Of a stretch of DNA of 64,000 nt, positions 25,666-41,700 are shown piece after piece (the first letter of the stretch is position 1; every line of letters begins with the position of its first letter). Source of the DNA: Takakia lepidozioides (lineage: Eukaryota > Plantae > Bryophyta); NCBI GenBank assembly GCA_030704615.1, contig CM060731.1, positions 44,392,001 to 44,456,000 on the forward strand, in the 5' to 3' direction. Made by a program: the position numbers and the translations under genes. The notes below the pieces were generated by a model. The model made no database searches. It saw nothing but the letters and a program-made list of their open reading frames with translations, and was not told the DNA's origin.

Positions 25666-26488
25666 CCCTTAAGTTCCCAAGCGACCTGAATCGGGTCACT
25701 TTGAATTTGCAGTTCGACCTAATTTTTGCAGATCTAATCTGATGGGGCCCACTCCTGAAGCTTTAATGACAAGGGATTTGTCTCGAGTATGATGAAAAAA
25801 CAAAATTAAAAAAAAAACAGAAGCTACGACCTGCAAAAAATATCTTAATCTCTCATTTAGGTTTTGGGGCCGGAAAAGGGCTTGTTGACCGCTGACGTGG
25901 CAGGTGAACAAGCCCAAAACAGATTGCACTCCAAAGGCCATTTTTGGCAGAAAATTAGCAATCTTGGAAAAAGCACTTCACCTTGTGGTATGTGAGCATT
26001 ACATACACACATCCACCATTGGCTTTTAAAAATTTTGTAGAAAAAAAAGTACTTCATTTGGAGGCACATTTTCTATTGTCAATTTTGAGATTTCAACCCC
26101 CATGTAATTGCATGCATAGCAAGCATAGGTGAAAAAATCAGTTGGACCTGCAATTTAGTGGGGTCATAGCCACTCCACTATTTGATTTGGAAATGGTGGG
26201 TCTTGGGGCAAGCAAAATTGGATAAAGCTAGGTTTTGATTTGGTCAAACCTATTTCTTTCTCACTTTTTCTTTGGGACCTGATATTTGAGGTTCGGGCCA
26301 ACGCTATAATCTCACAATTTCCACGGTGGACTTGGCTCATTTTTTGGTATGTCATGCATAATGAGCTGGGCCCATTGCTATAAGGCTGGAATCTCTGGAT
26401 GATTTTTGGTAGGTTTCTAGGGGCAATTTACAGCAGCTGGGTTCCCAAAATTGGTAAAAAGTCAAAAAAGGGCTTGGGAACTGAAGGG
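25666..26488. mobile_element. Non-autonomous piggyBac-like element (TTAA TSD, 17-bp CCCT TIRs)
   Basis: TTAA(25662-65)-CCCTTAAGTTCCCAAGC ... GCTTGGGAACTGAAGGG-TTAA(26489-92); 16/17 TIR match; AT-rich non-coding interior. Confidence 0.75.
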
Positions 26489-28731
26489 TTAATAAGATCT
26501 TAATGGCAACTGAAGGAGTTTTTCACTATAAGCTATCGAATTCCAGTGAGCTTGGCAGGTTTCACCCCTCCAATTCCTGACCGATTTTCTGACAAATCAG
26601 CGAACTGGCAAGGCTAATCAGAGTCCTAGGTAGGTATATACTTTTTTCCTTCCTCGGATTTTGCTGGAGCAAACATGCGAGTCATCTAACACGTTGGCAG
26701 GAGCGTGTCCCAATTTAGATGTTACATTCGGAAAGAGGACAAAGCCTCATGGTAACCTGCGAAGGTGAAGTCAGAAGATTAAATGAACGGAGAGTGCAGT
26801 AGGAGTGCAGTAGGAAGCACATAATACTCTCATCAATGCATCGAATCCGTTAGCGATGCGCAAATAAGACACAGAATCTGCAGGAGTCGGCCGCCTTTAC
26901 TTCTGTATTACAGTCAAACTTGCTTTTGGGCTCACCTGGTCAGTCTGTATGAGACTTGAGTACCGGCTGTCTAAAGTTGCTACTTGCCGAGTATGCCCCG
27001 CGTATGTGCATGTGGGTGCCCTCGTGATCTTCTTCCTGACTTCGTCCCGCAATAGTATGACCATGTGATCGGCATCGGAAGAGGCACACTTGGCCATACC
27101 GACTGCTTTTTAGCTTTCTTCTTTTGATCTAGGTTTGGCTGGGACATGGCAGGGGTTTCCATGTCGCCCAGGTTTACTGTTTGCGAAAAAAACTTCTTGA
27201 GGAAAAGGGGGAGGGGGGGGGCCAAGATTTCAAAATTGTTATGCCTAATCTTGGTCGGCCCTGCGCCATTGTTGTCTCTCACGTTCTTTCCCGGTCCCCT
27301 ACTGGTGCCCAAGTGCTAGTCGGGTACAATGTATTGTTGCAGCACAAGAAGTCAACCATAGTGGAAATCGCACTCCACTAGTCCCTCTAACATGATGTGC
27401 TTTTCCACATTTCAGCAACAGAGTAGGTTTGCTGAAGAGTTGATTTCTTTGGGATACGAGGCCTGGAACAATTTCCAAAATAGAACTTGTGCTACAGCAA
27501 ACATATCACAGCGTTACGGAATGCACAGGACAGTAGGGAAAGCCAGCGCATTCTACCTTCACCACACCATGTGGTACATATATCTTCAGAGCTCTAGAGA
27601 AGATGTGAATTTCGAGACCATGTTTGTATCTGAGTCTATGACAAGCGTAGTACCTCTGTTGACACGACGTACATTCGTTTTTCACCCACTGTCCCTTCCC
27701 TTGACCGACAAACCTAACAAGTGTGAACACTCTCACTTTTACGCGTGGATGGAGATGTGCCCCTCCTTCAAACACACATCACAAAAGTCGTCTTTTCGTG
27801 CACTCTCGCAACTCGAATAGAGCGAGAGAGGAGGGTGAATGAACTATAAACTGTAGGATGCTTGCAGTGGTCATTCAACCAGAGTCTGGTTGCTCTTTCG
27901 CAGAGAAGGAGAGTTAGACTTGAGATTGCCGCCGATCCAGCAGCACCATAACCATCTCACTGCCCGTTGCGGAAGGCAGACTTGCTTGCTTTTTCCTGAC
28001 ATCCAGACAGTCATGCAAGGGAGAGAAGAGGTCCACAAGATAGAAACTATCACATGCTTCTGGCTTTTTATTCATCACAGCGAAGAGAGACATCTCTTCT
28101 TTGTACAAGAAACCCAGCACCTGTGTTGGTGACAGAGTGAGAAAAATACATTTTTAAGAATGACTGTTATGGCTTTCTTGCCAACTTTGACGCAACAAAT
28201 GGTTTTTGACAACTTTAGGAGTCACCCTCTGTGGAGCTTTGAAGCCCAAGACAACGCCTATAATGACTGTGTTCTATCCTTGCGCACTCCATGTACAAAA
28301 GTTCTCCGTTGGAGCCCTTAACAGGTTGCCACATCGCAAATCGTAAACATAGATTAGATCCCATGGAGAAAGCCCACTGTGCCGTCGAACGATCTCTCTG
28401 GATCCAGCCTGGAGAAAGCCTGCCGGTTGCTCCTGGATCTTCTCTTGACAGGGAGCCCTCCCCCTTCATGCTGTACAGGGGAAGGTAACTTAGAATTTTC
28501 CTGTTGCTACCTTTCCGCAGTTTATCCTAGTGTACACGTCAGCCCAGCGAGTTTCCCACCATCGCGAATCCCTGAAGGATCTCACCAACCCCTTCAACAG
28601 AGGTGTTTGGGGCCAGCAAGTAAGAGGCCAGTGGTGGCCAGTAGTGATCATGTGTTTTCTATTCAAGACCAAAGGAGGGTTCCCCAGTTTATAGAGGTTT
28701 CTGACCTCGAAAAATCTCTAGAGTGCCACGT

Positions 28732-31357
<2,626 letters not shown>

Positions 31358-31669
31358 CTCTTCCCCTCCCTATCTGTAGCTGGGATCCCGTCCTTCAGTT
31401 GTAAAACGGGAAAAAAGCTCGTCCCCTCACGCTAGCCCACAAGGGAGAGGGAGACCGACGTCAAACTGCCTGTTTTCTTCCAGCACACAGACACCCACTC
31501 CCTCTCTCGTTACTGCATCACAGCATGCGAGACTGCAAGCGACCGCAATCCTCCAGAAATTGGAGCTCCATACAAAGCGCACACCCTTATCACACAACCA
31601 AATTGATTGCTTCCTGCTGCCTTCCCTCTCTCTGCTACCATTCCCCTCCTGACATCTTTGTCTCTCTCT

Positions 31670-31845
31670 CCCTATATATACACGTACCCTCACTGCGCTG
31701 TAATGGCTCGGTGACGAGTACCCGAGAATAGATCCTCTTCCTGTACTCAGCCGTCACTCATTCACCACTCATGCAAATCTCTACCTTCTTACGTGCTCCT
31801 CCCTCCTCCTTTTCCTCTCTCCCTCTCTCTCTCTCTCTCTCGCGC
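31670..31845 (-). promoter_or_regulatory. Candidate CKX core promoter (TATATATAGG) with upstream GA/CT microsatellite
   Basis: TATATA box ~320 bp upstream of the ATG; (CT)n at ~31822-31840. Confidence 0.4.
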
Positions 31846-33689
31846 TCCTGAGGAGCGTCCTTTCGCTCTCACTCCCCCTCTCTAGGTGTGGGGCAGCTAT
31901 GAAAAGTGCCAGTCAATATTTTGAAATTACGACTTTGATTTCACTCACCTTTTTCCCCTATCTTACACCCCCCATAAATTTTGCAGCTGTCCTTCCTTGT
32001 TTCTGAGTTGATAGCTCCCCATTTCCCTAACTGAAACTGTCCCCACCATCAATGAAAATCTCCAATATCTTCCATTTTTATTTCTATTATTACCTAGCCA
32101 TTATTTACACTCTAGGATACTATTATATTTTTTTAACATATCTCTCATTATCACATAAATAAACAAATACATCCACAAGTCAACCAACAAGAGTACAAAC
32201 TGGAAAACTTATGAGAAATGTAATGAGAGGGGGTACACGTATTTGGATTAGGTGGGCGTATTATTGGCTCCCCGACCCCCCTAAAATTGACCCCAAGTTG
32301 TGTGGGCCCGGACGCACCCACCTTGCCATTTTGGAGTGTCGCGCTGATTGTCCACGCCTCCGGGCCTCGACCGAGCCTGAGCCGAGCCTCCACACTAGCG
32401 TCGCTCATTCATCCTGCGTTGGTTGGATGGATGTGAACGTCGTGACATAATTGTCTACGCCATGATGAGTCTCGTGGTCAAACCTGAACTCGCACCACTT
32501 GTGGACTCGAGGACTCAATAGTGTACATAATGATTATAATGATGGAAGTGTACTGTCGCTCCTCATTCATTCATCCCACACAAGGTGATGGACGACCGTC
32601 GAGCTGGAGCCTGGCGCGATGAGCCACCATTTTTTTCATTTATGGATCCACATGTAGTAACGCGATGATGATCCGATCCTTCCCCGAGGCCAAAAGTGAA
32701 TGTTACAGTGCCTGTGGATTTGAACCCGCGGGTGGCGGGTGCAGTGTTCCGCACAGTGCCCTAAAAAAGCTCACAGTGTTTGATGAGAGGCGACAAACCC
32801 TAGACATGGGCGACGGCACGTGGCTGCTCGACAACCGGCGGGACCGGTCGGCCATTATGTCGCCGCCGGCACGATGGTGTCTTTGATGACGGTCTCGGGT
32901 TCAAAGTTCAAACCTAACTCCGGCCGCTTCATGTCGTTTCCACTTCTTTGTCTCCTGGGCAGAGCCCAAACATTTTCCCTGCAGCCCCGCGGTGAACAGA
33001 TGCCGGGCTCGAATCTCGACGGCTGCAGACCACATGCGTAGGGACGAGGGACCATCATGTGTTTAAGGTTGGCACGGATGAACTAGAATCTGTGTCCAAA
33101 AGATATTTGCCGGATGTTGGATGGATGGATGTGGTAGGTATTTAATACGCCTCCCGGTTCATAACATTTTCCTTGTGGGTGCCCATGCTGGGGATTAAAC
33201 TTAAAAGAAATTACAGCACCGTCGGCGGGCGGGGCCGGGCAGTCAAAGCACGCAACCAAGACGCCCGCCGTCGGCGTCCAACGAGGCCCTCGCGTCAACA
33301 AATCGGCGGCGTACACGACTGGAAGACGATACGTATGCCCACCTACCTGGTCCTGCATGTAAACAAAACACGACAGACGAGAGTGGAGGCAAACTGAGAG
33401 CGAAAGGACAGGGATTGCATCAACCTCGAGCGAGGCGACCTGTCTGGCTCTCTTCTATCCACCCAGCTGCTCTTCTATCGCTAAACTGTGGATTGTGTGG
33501 ACCTCTTCGCTTGGCTCCATTACTTAATAGTAGCATGCACGACCAACTCAGCTCCAACCTGATCAAGACATTCAATGATTGCTGGGGAGGATGAGAGAGA
33601 GCGCATAAACAAACATATATGGGACTATATCTTGTGTGCATGCACGCCTAGTCGCTGGTCCCAGCACAGACAGGGCTGCTGTTAGGGGG

Positions 33690-33978
33690 GACCAAGATAG
33701 AGACCATAAGAAACGTCCCCAAGTGTAGAAACTAGAAACGTCCCCTACCAGTCCAGAGTCACTATCCTCACAACAATGAAAAGAAAATTCCAAGTATGCT
33801 TTTGGGACTTTCTAGAAGAGGAAAACCTAGGGCGGACCAAGATAGAGACCATAATAAGAAACGTCCTCAAGTGTAGAAACTAGAAACGTCCCCTACCAGT
33901 CCAGAGTCACTATCCTCACAACAATTAAAAGAAAATTCGAAGTATGCTTTTGAGATTTTCTAGATGAGGAAAATCCAG
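33690..33978. repeat. Tandem duplication of a ~145 bp unit
   Basis: GACCAAGATAGAGACCATAA...CAAGTGTAGAAACTAGAAACGTCCCCTACCAGTCCAGAGTCACTATCCTCACAAC occurs twice. Confidence 0.85.
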
Positions 33979-35712
33979 TTGGGAGACAGGTCAGGGTGTG
34001 TGTTCTACCCGTTTCAACACTGTGCACAGCGGGAACGAGAGAGGGAGAGAGATGATGGGAAGTGTTACCGCTCTGGAGGTATTTCTGTGCATATAAGAGG
34101 CAGACATAAAGAAAGATACATATATAAGGGGGGGCAGGCGGTGCCATTGAATGCAGTACTGTGGGCCTTCACGGTGCCATGTGCCCAGCTCCCTTCCATT
34201 GCATTTAGTCCGTCACATTTCCCACTGCACCTAATGCCAATTATTAGTTGAATTCCAATCAATCGAATTGGTTGGATGACTGGAGGACCTTTACCGTCAT
34301 GATTAAACAATGCATACTTTTTAGTAAACAACGCACCCACTCTTTAAACTTTACACTTTCAATAGCGGGCTTTGGATGAAAATTTGACTCGTGGGTTCGG
34401 ATGTCGCCAGCATGTACCCCCCCCACCACAGTTCAAAGATTTCCGAATCTAATCTTTGATTTTCACCGACTGGGTAACAATTTTCACCCTCACTGTATTG
34501 TCACTTCACAATGGTCGCATCCTATGGGGACTCAGTATCGAGCTTGTGGATGAAGCCTGGGCCCTCACGGATGATTCTCGAGAATCCTTACCGGTAATGG
34601 TGTCACCGCTCCCCTCATGTTGGCCACAAACCCACTTGCGTCAGGCAGCTTATTGATGACCACAACATGTACTAATCTCCAGTTAGCGCCAATGAATGGT
34701 GCACGATAAAATGGTGCAGGGAAGGAAGTTGTCATTTATGCAGCACTCGTTTAATGATCTGTCGTTGGATTTCATACAGGACAATGCCTCGTCTGCCCAA
34801 ATCTTTTGGGGATTTATTTACACCCCATCTGTCCAGACCCCATAAATCGCAAGATCAAAACTCGATCGGATGTTCCATCCATTCCTCATCCTCATCCATC
34901 CAATTCCAAAACTGTAATCAGGTGTTCCCATCCAATTTCCAAACGAGCGAGAGCCTTGACTTTCAAAACTTTCGCTTTACACGTTGTAAAGTACAGGCCC
35001 CCGCGGATGGATGAAAAACGCCACGTCCACACGGATGTGCGGATTCCACCCCACGGTGGCGCGCGGGTCGGGTGGCAGGAACGTGGACGACCGTCCAACG
35101 GGTGCACGCAGCACGAGCGGGGATTTGGCGAATCGCGGATCTTAAATGTGCGGGAGATGTCCCAAACCCGCGCTGTCGGACATGGCGCCGCACATGGCCC
35201 GCCTCGCGCCCCGCGCCCGTGCCTTCCCCCCTTCGCCGGACATTCCGCCTTGCACGTGTCAATCCCCCTGCGCTTTTCGGGATACGCTAGATTCGGGACC
35301 GATACGCCCTACACGCGTGGCGAAACTCGCTGTCGAGCGCAGCCCGGACCTGGCGATTCCTTAGCCGTGCCAGCTCTCGAGGCTGGCGCCGAGGCCGCAT
35401 CCGAGGCTGGATCCCGGTCGGGGCGCATGGCTGGGCAATAAAGGCCGGGTCGGGTCGAATCCCTGGACGGGGATTTGGGGCGATTTGGTATCTTGATGAC
35501 TGGGTCGCTCCGGCGTGGGCGAATGGATGTGCGGCGGATGAATGCTGCTGAGGTCTGGATGTGCGCAGCCCAGTCAGCGATGTGCCAGTGCTCTCTGGGG
35601 GAACACGGAGATGTTGAGAGAATTGCGTTTCTTTTTTTTCTTTTCTGGGGGGGTTACACTAGGAGCAACTGCGGCTCACAAATCAGTAATTATAGTTAGA
35701 GGAGAAAATAAC

Positions 35713-36209
35713 CACTGTTGGTCTGGTATATAGGTGAAGGACTGGTATATAGTATTGGTATATGCACTGGTATTAAGTACTAGACCAGTCTGGTATCATT
35801 TGGGAGTCATATACGAGACCAGTCTCGTATCAGTTTTTTCATACCAGCCACAAAACCAGTACTCCCCCGCGTCTTCCTCGTTCACTCTGGTATGTGTACT
35901 ATACTAATTAATGTGTACATATGCCTGCATACTTGTACATATGTATATTTATTTCTTTATGTGTATTGTACTTGTTTTCACTTGATACTTGCTATTTGAT
36001 AAACTTGTAATTCAAGATGGCTTTGAATCGATACCAGAATTGATATCTCATACTAGCTGGTGCTGTGGTCATGATACTCATACTTATACTATTGTCTGGA
36101 AAAACATATATCCACCGTTATATAGACCAGACTGGTGTGAAAGTTTCGTGATACGTCTAGTACCAGGACCAGTCTGGTATGTCCTAAACCTGATACCAGA
36201 ACAACACTG
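35713..36209. mobile_element. hAT-type MITE
   Basis: Perfect 8-bp TSD AAAATAAC (35705-12 and 36210-17). TIRs CACTGTTGGTCTGGTAT / ATACCAGAACAACACTG. Internal CTGGTAT/ATACCAG repeats. Confidence 0.85.
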
Positions 36210-36699
36210 AAAATAACCTCTTTCAAGGTAACCTCGCCATGAGCAATTGAGTATTGTGTTGTAAACATGTGGGGAGGAGGAGGAGGAGGAGGAGGAGCTT
36301 GAGTAGGAGGTTTATTTCTGGTAGTATGTTCATCTGGTGTACGTTTTGTTGGTTAGTTGGTGCATATGTTAGAAATGATGGTTTATGCACATTTGATTCA
36401 GTTTTTTGAAATATCGTTGTATTAATTTTAACTATAGTGCTGAAATTTTATTTTATTTTTGAGAAAAGTAAATGCAATAAAAATGGTGGGAAAAATAACT
36501 TTGAGGACCATGAAGCCAGGAAAACCAACAAAGGGCCCCAAGTCAAGAACGGAAGAAATAGAGAAACATAACACAAGAAAGAATGAAATAGAGTCATAAC
36601 AAAATGGGCAACAAAATATAAACACCCACAGGAGAAACAAGGCGTTACATTTAGAATCTCGAGCCCGCCTTCTGCCCCAATTCACCTCCCCATTTCTTA

Positions 36700-37350
36700 C
36701 CGACTAGGGTAGCCTGTGCCGTTGGCCCAAGTGCAATCTCCTATGTATCCAAGTACGTCTCCCATGTCCAGGCCCAAGTGCGACCTCTAGGGTAGCCTCT
36801 GCCTTGGCCCAGGTGTGAAAATTTGAAATCTAAGACCAAGTGCAATCTCTTATATATATCCCTGTGCGTCTCCTAGGTCGAGGCCCATCTAAGCCCAAGT
36901 GCAATTTTCCAAGCTTCATCTCCTATGTAGAGGCCCAAGTGTCCACTGTCATCTAAGGGCCAAATGCAATATCATGTGTATCCAAGTGCGTCTCCTATGT
37001 ATCCAAGGGCGTCTCCCATGTGCATCTCCAATGCCGAGGCCCATCTAATCTCATATGTATCCAAGTATGTCTCCCATGTCAACATTTATATTTTTTCATG
37101 AATTTATTGAGTAGTAATATCCAATCATTATTGATATATCTCTCGTCTCTAGGGTAGCATGTGCCATTGGCCCTAAGTATCCAGTGTCATCTAAGCCCAA
37201 GTGCAAGATCCAGTGTCCAATGTCATCTAAATCCAAGTGCAATCCCCTATGTATCGAGAGACCCTATAGTTTGGGAGATCTCCACGTCATTGTTACAACA
37301 AAGCCCATCTGTTTGCTATTTTTGCAATCTCCCTTGTCGAGGCTTCATAT
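36700..37350. repeat. Degenerate array of GGCCCAAGTGCAATCTC-like motifs
   Basis: Many diverged copies of gcccaagtgc/gtctcc(c/t)atgt. Confidence 0.65.
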
Positions 37351-37926
37351 ATTGATATATCCACTTTGCTAATTTTCACGAATTTCCAGAAATGCCTGAA
37401 ATTCCAATCTCCCACATGAAGGGCCAATCATTGCAAACTTACATTCTGTAATTTAGTTGAATTTCTAGAGACCAAATTCTAGTTAATGCACTCAGGCCTA
37501 TTCATTGAGGGCTTTCCAACAGTACCAAAATCGTGGCTGGAGGCCCCGCGGTTTGGGAGATCTCAACGACGCTACAAAACATATTGTGAACGCCAATATT
37601 CTAAAATGACCCAATTTCCATTTATATCCACGTGTACAAAAGAGAAATGAAGGGCCAATCATTGTTGCAGGAAAACCCACTTTACCAGTTTTCACGAATT
37701 TCCAGCGACCAAAAGTACTTGAAATTCATTTCATTTTTCACGAATTTCCGACGACCAAAAGTACCTGAAATTCCACATCTCCCACACCGCACGTCCAAAA
37801 ATCATGAGACCAAGCCGGTGCACCCCTCCTCATTGAGGGCTTTCCAACGGTACCAAGCACCAGGGCTGGGGCTCCGCAGTTTGGGACATCTCAACGTGAC
37901 AAAACAAACGTCTCGCTTCATATATT

Positions 37927-38722
37927 TGTCGAGGACGAGAACATGACTGAACACAAATAAGGGATCAGACTAGAGGTTTAAGACTGGACAAGAAGTCAAG
38001 GTCGGCGTGGCCAAATGCATGATGAGTAAACAGGAATCAATATGATCTTTATAACAATGGACAAGAGTACAAGATATTGGAACTCGACTTGAATACTGGA
38101 ATGCTGGAAACTGGACTAGAGTGCTAGATACTGGAAACTGGGCTAGAGTACTGGAACTGGAAACAAAGAGTAGCTTGAACTTGTGTTGGCGAGGCTGAAG
38201 AGTGTCCAGTCTCGCCTCCTATATATACTGGCTACTAGGAAGTTCCCTAAAAAGCTTTCCCAATGGAGGTTTCTTGATGGAGAAGTTTTCTTAAGTTTCT
38301 TCCAAATGAAGCTTGTTGAGCAGTTTCCCAAGTTACTCTCGGTAATTTTGATAACTAAAGGTAATTCATGGTAGATCATGATAAATTACAGTAAATTATG
38401 GTAACTTCCGATAACATGGTAATTTGGTAACTTCTGGTATTAACTCCTGATAAATTCCTCGGGGCTATGTCGTGACATCACCCCCTCCTCTAGCGCCGAG
38501 TTCCTCGAGGAGCGGTAAAATCTTGGACTTGCTTAGAATTAGAGAAAATCCAAAATGCGACGAATGGTACTTGCCAAGTATTCGACTCTTCGTTCTTGAC
38601 TCAAATGATTTATAGGTCCCTGCAACCATCGATAGTGTCCAACACCTTGAACTTGGGACCACGCAGTAATTTGAGCATTCTGATTTTCGAAGCTGCCTTC
38701 AAACATGATTTCGTTGCCCTCT
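37927..38722 (-). mobile_element. 3' LTR (37927-38477) plus adjacent internal remnant of an LTR retrotransposon, cut off by the CACTA element
   Basis: TGTC...GACA termini; minus-strand polypurine tract TAGAGGAGGGGGTGA abuts the LTR at 38478-38492. Confidence 0.65.
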
Positions 38723-41700
38723 CACTAGAAGAAAAACGTGGAATAACCACTGGCCCTTTAACCACTACTGTCTTTTTCCACTCTATAAACCACTAGTAAC
38801 CACTTGCCAGTGGTTAATCCCAATGAAATGTCACGGTGGCTTCACAGGCAGTGGTTGGAAGTGGTTTCAACCACTCAGTAGTCCACGTGTAATAAATTGT
38901 TTTTATTTATTATTATTTATTTGATACTATATTTTAATTAATAAATATAATATTCCACGTGGACGAATGCAATGGTACATTGTGAGTGGTTATAGACACC
39001 TCAGTGATGGGAAGTGGTTGAAACCACTTGCTACTCCACGTGTAATAATTCAAATTCTATTTGTGATTTATGATTTGGAAATATATTTTAATTCATAAAT
39101 ATAATATTCCACGTGGACGGGGACAGTGCACGTTGATCTTGAGTGGTTAAAGACACCTCATTGATTTGTACCACTTTGACAGTGGTGGGGAGTGGGTGGT
39201 GAAAGATACTGCAGTAATTGGAACCACTAATGGTTGCCTAGTGGTATTCTAGTGGTTGCTCATGAGTGGTTGCCTACAGACAAGTGATTGGTACCACTTT
39301 TTTGGTGATACATGAAAAAATTTAAGTGGTTTGTGCAGCTGTGACAGACTTTGAAAAACAGACAAATGGCCAGACCATTGTGGCATGATGCTATTGAACA
39401 AATGGTTCCAACAATAAACTTTATTCTGAATCTGAAACATATTCGTCACCCTCTGAATCACTTTGCTCAACTGGAATAGCGGTTGGTTGCACAAACGCCG
39501 CTTGAATGGTAGCCAACATAGCTAGGTCTTCTTTATTTAGAGCCGTGGCACCATCTAATGACCTAGGTATTGGCTAATCTGATAAGGTGGACGGTGCCTG
39601 AAGGCCATCGAAATCTGCATTTTCTCCAATGTCACATTGATCTATGTCTGCCACAATCTTTTTTGCTCTTGGATCCTTCCGAAGGACTACCTTCCACTCC
39701 GAACTTGGGGACTCATCCGAAAAGAACACCTGTTCAACTTGAGATGGAAAGATGAACGGCTAATCATTGGCGGGTAACATCCTCCCAAAATTTGCAAGTA
39801 GAAAACCATACGAATCTTTCGCTTCATTGTAGCATTTTGTCCAACGAGGTTGGCCCTCACCTAAGCACAACGAAATACAATGGGGTGTACTCGTCCATAA
39901 TCCAATTTGAAGATCTCTTTGATGACCCTAACGTACTCCAATGGTGGCATGACTGGATTCTACCACGCACCATATTTCTGCTATGTTGCTGGAAGACGGA
40001 TGCAACTCCGGAATCAAAAGAGACAAGAAGACGACTCTCCATGTCATCCACTCAATAATGATTTTCATACGTCTTCATGCCACGAAATGAAGCTGATCTC
40101 AATGAGGGGAGAGTAGACAAATGAATTACATCCGTATCCTCAACACCATGCTCAGAGACATGGGCCTGGACTGCACGACGTATCCATACTGGTAGGGGTG
40201 GAAACTTCAACAAATGGGGAGGGTATGGCACCGGAAGGCGGCGGTGACGTCGACGATTGGCACGCCACTCACGAGCACATGCTTCTCTGTCTGGAGTGAA
40301 CTGTGCCTTCTCTGTTGCATACTTTCTGTCACAAAATGGCAACAAGAATGACACATGTTAGCAATGAAGTGTTGCATTACTTTGCAAAAAATACCTAGCA
40401 TGAATGATACTTTGAAAACCACTGGATGAGTGAGCAGAATGACTTGTAAATGAACACGCTCTTCCAAAAAGTCACTCACTTAGACATTCAGTTACTACAG
40501 AAGTAGTTATCATCACGATGAACCACTGACATTTGTGACTTTGTGGGTGGTTCTATTACACTGGTGACAGTCACAATTGCATTTGAACTTGATATGAATA
40601 AGGTGCAATGAAAAGAAGAATTCACTGTACCCAAGGAACCATCACATTGGTATTGTTCAACACATACAAATGTGCTGCATCTCTCTCAGCTCCACTCATG
40701 TCCCGCTTTTTGCCGACACCTTCCAAGACCTCGTTCTCAACCCCTTTCTCCGCATTTGTATCCCAAATCCGTCGTTGAGTTGCATCAAATGATTGCATAT
40801 ACTCACTCATGAACCCCATGGCCTCATCAAGAACATACCCTGCAGCCATACTCCCTTCTGGCTTTGCGTAATTCCTAACGTATCCCTTGAGATCTTTCAT
40901 GTAACGCTCCATGGGATACATCCACCGTGAAGACACCGGACCACATGTGTCTAGTTCATCTACGAGATGAACTAGCAAATGGGTCATGACATCAAAGAAA
41001 GAAGGGGTGAACTCTTTCTCTAACAGACACAAGGTTATAGCAACATCCTCACGCAATGAATCTATTTCGTTAGGGTCCCATACTTTGGCACAAATCCGGC
41101 GGAAAATGCGACTCACACGCATAATGACCTCACGTGGGTCTGGAGCCATGCAATGGTGAATACACACAGGTAAAATCTGTTGCATTAAAACGTGATAATC
41201 ATGGGACTTCATACTCGTCAAATGTTTCCTAGACGGGTGTATGTGTTTCTGAAATGCACCTGCAAATCCCGAAGGAGTTTTGATAGCCCCCAAAGTATCA
41301 AGAAATATCGTGATTTCATCGGGAGTGAGAACATACGGTACTGCTGGTTTCATGATACGTGAAGGGTTCTGTGGATCAGGCCGAAGCCACAAGTGACGTC
41401 TGATGCTGATTACCTTCATGTCGTTCCTCACCTTCACCGTGTCCTTCCGTCCGAAAATCGTCTTCAACAAGTTTTCACAAAAAAAAAATTCGCAATGCAT
41501 GGGATCCAGTAAGTAGCGTTGCAACAGATCCTGCAATTGGTGACACCATTTCAGGAACATTCCGACAGATTGCAGTCCTATATAAATCAAATTCCTTTAT
41601 GAGCACTATATACTTCCATGTCTAAAGTGGTTGTGATGCATGACAGTCCCTCCTCAGTGGTTCAAACAACTCATTTAGTGCATTATTAGCCTCTCAAGTG

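Noticed and set aside
34806-35441. 211-aa GC-rich ORF
   Set aside because: Low-information Arg/Gly/Pro/Ala composition, open on both strands, no motif; likely non-coding GC-rich DNA.
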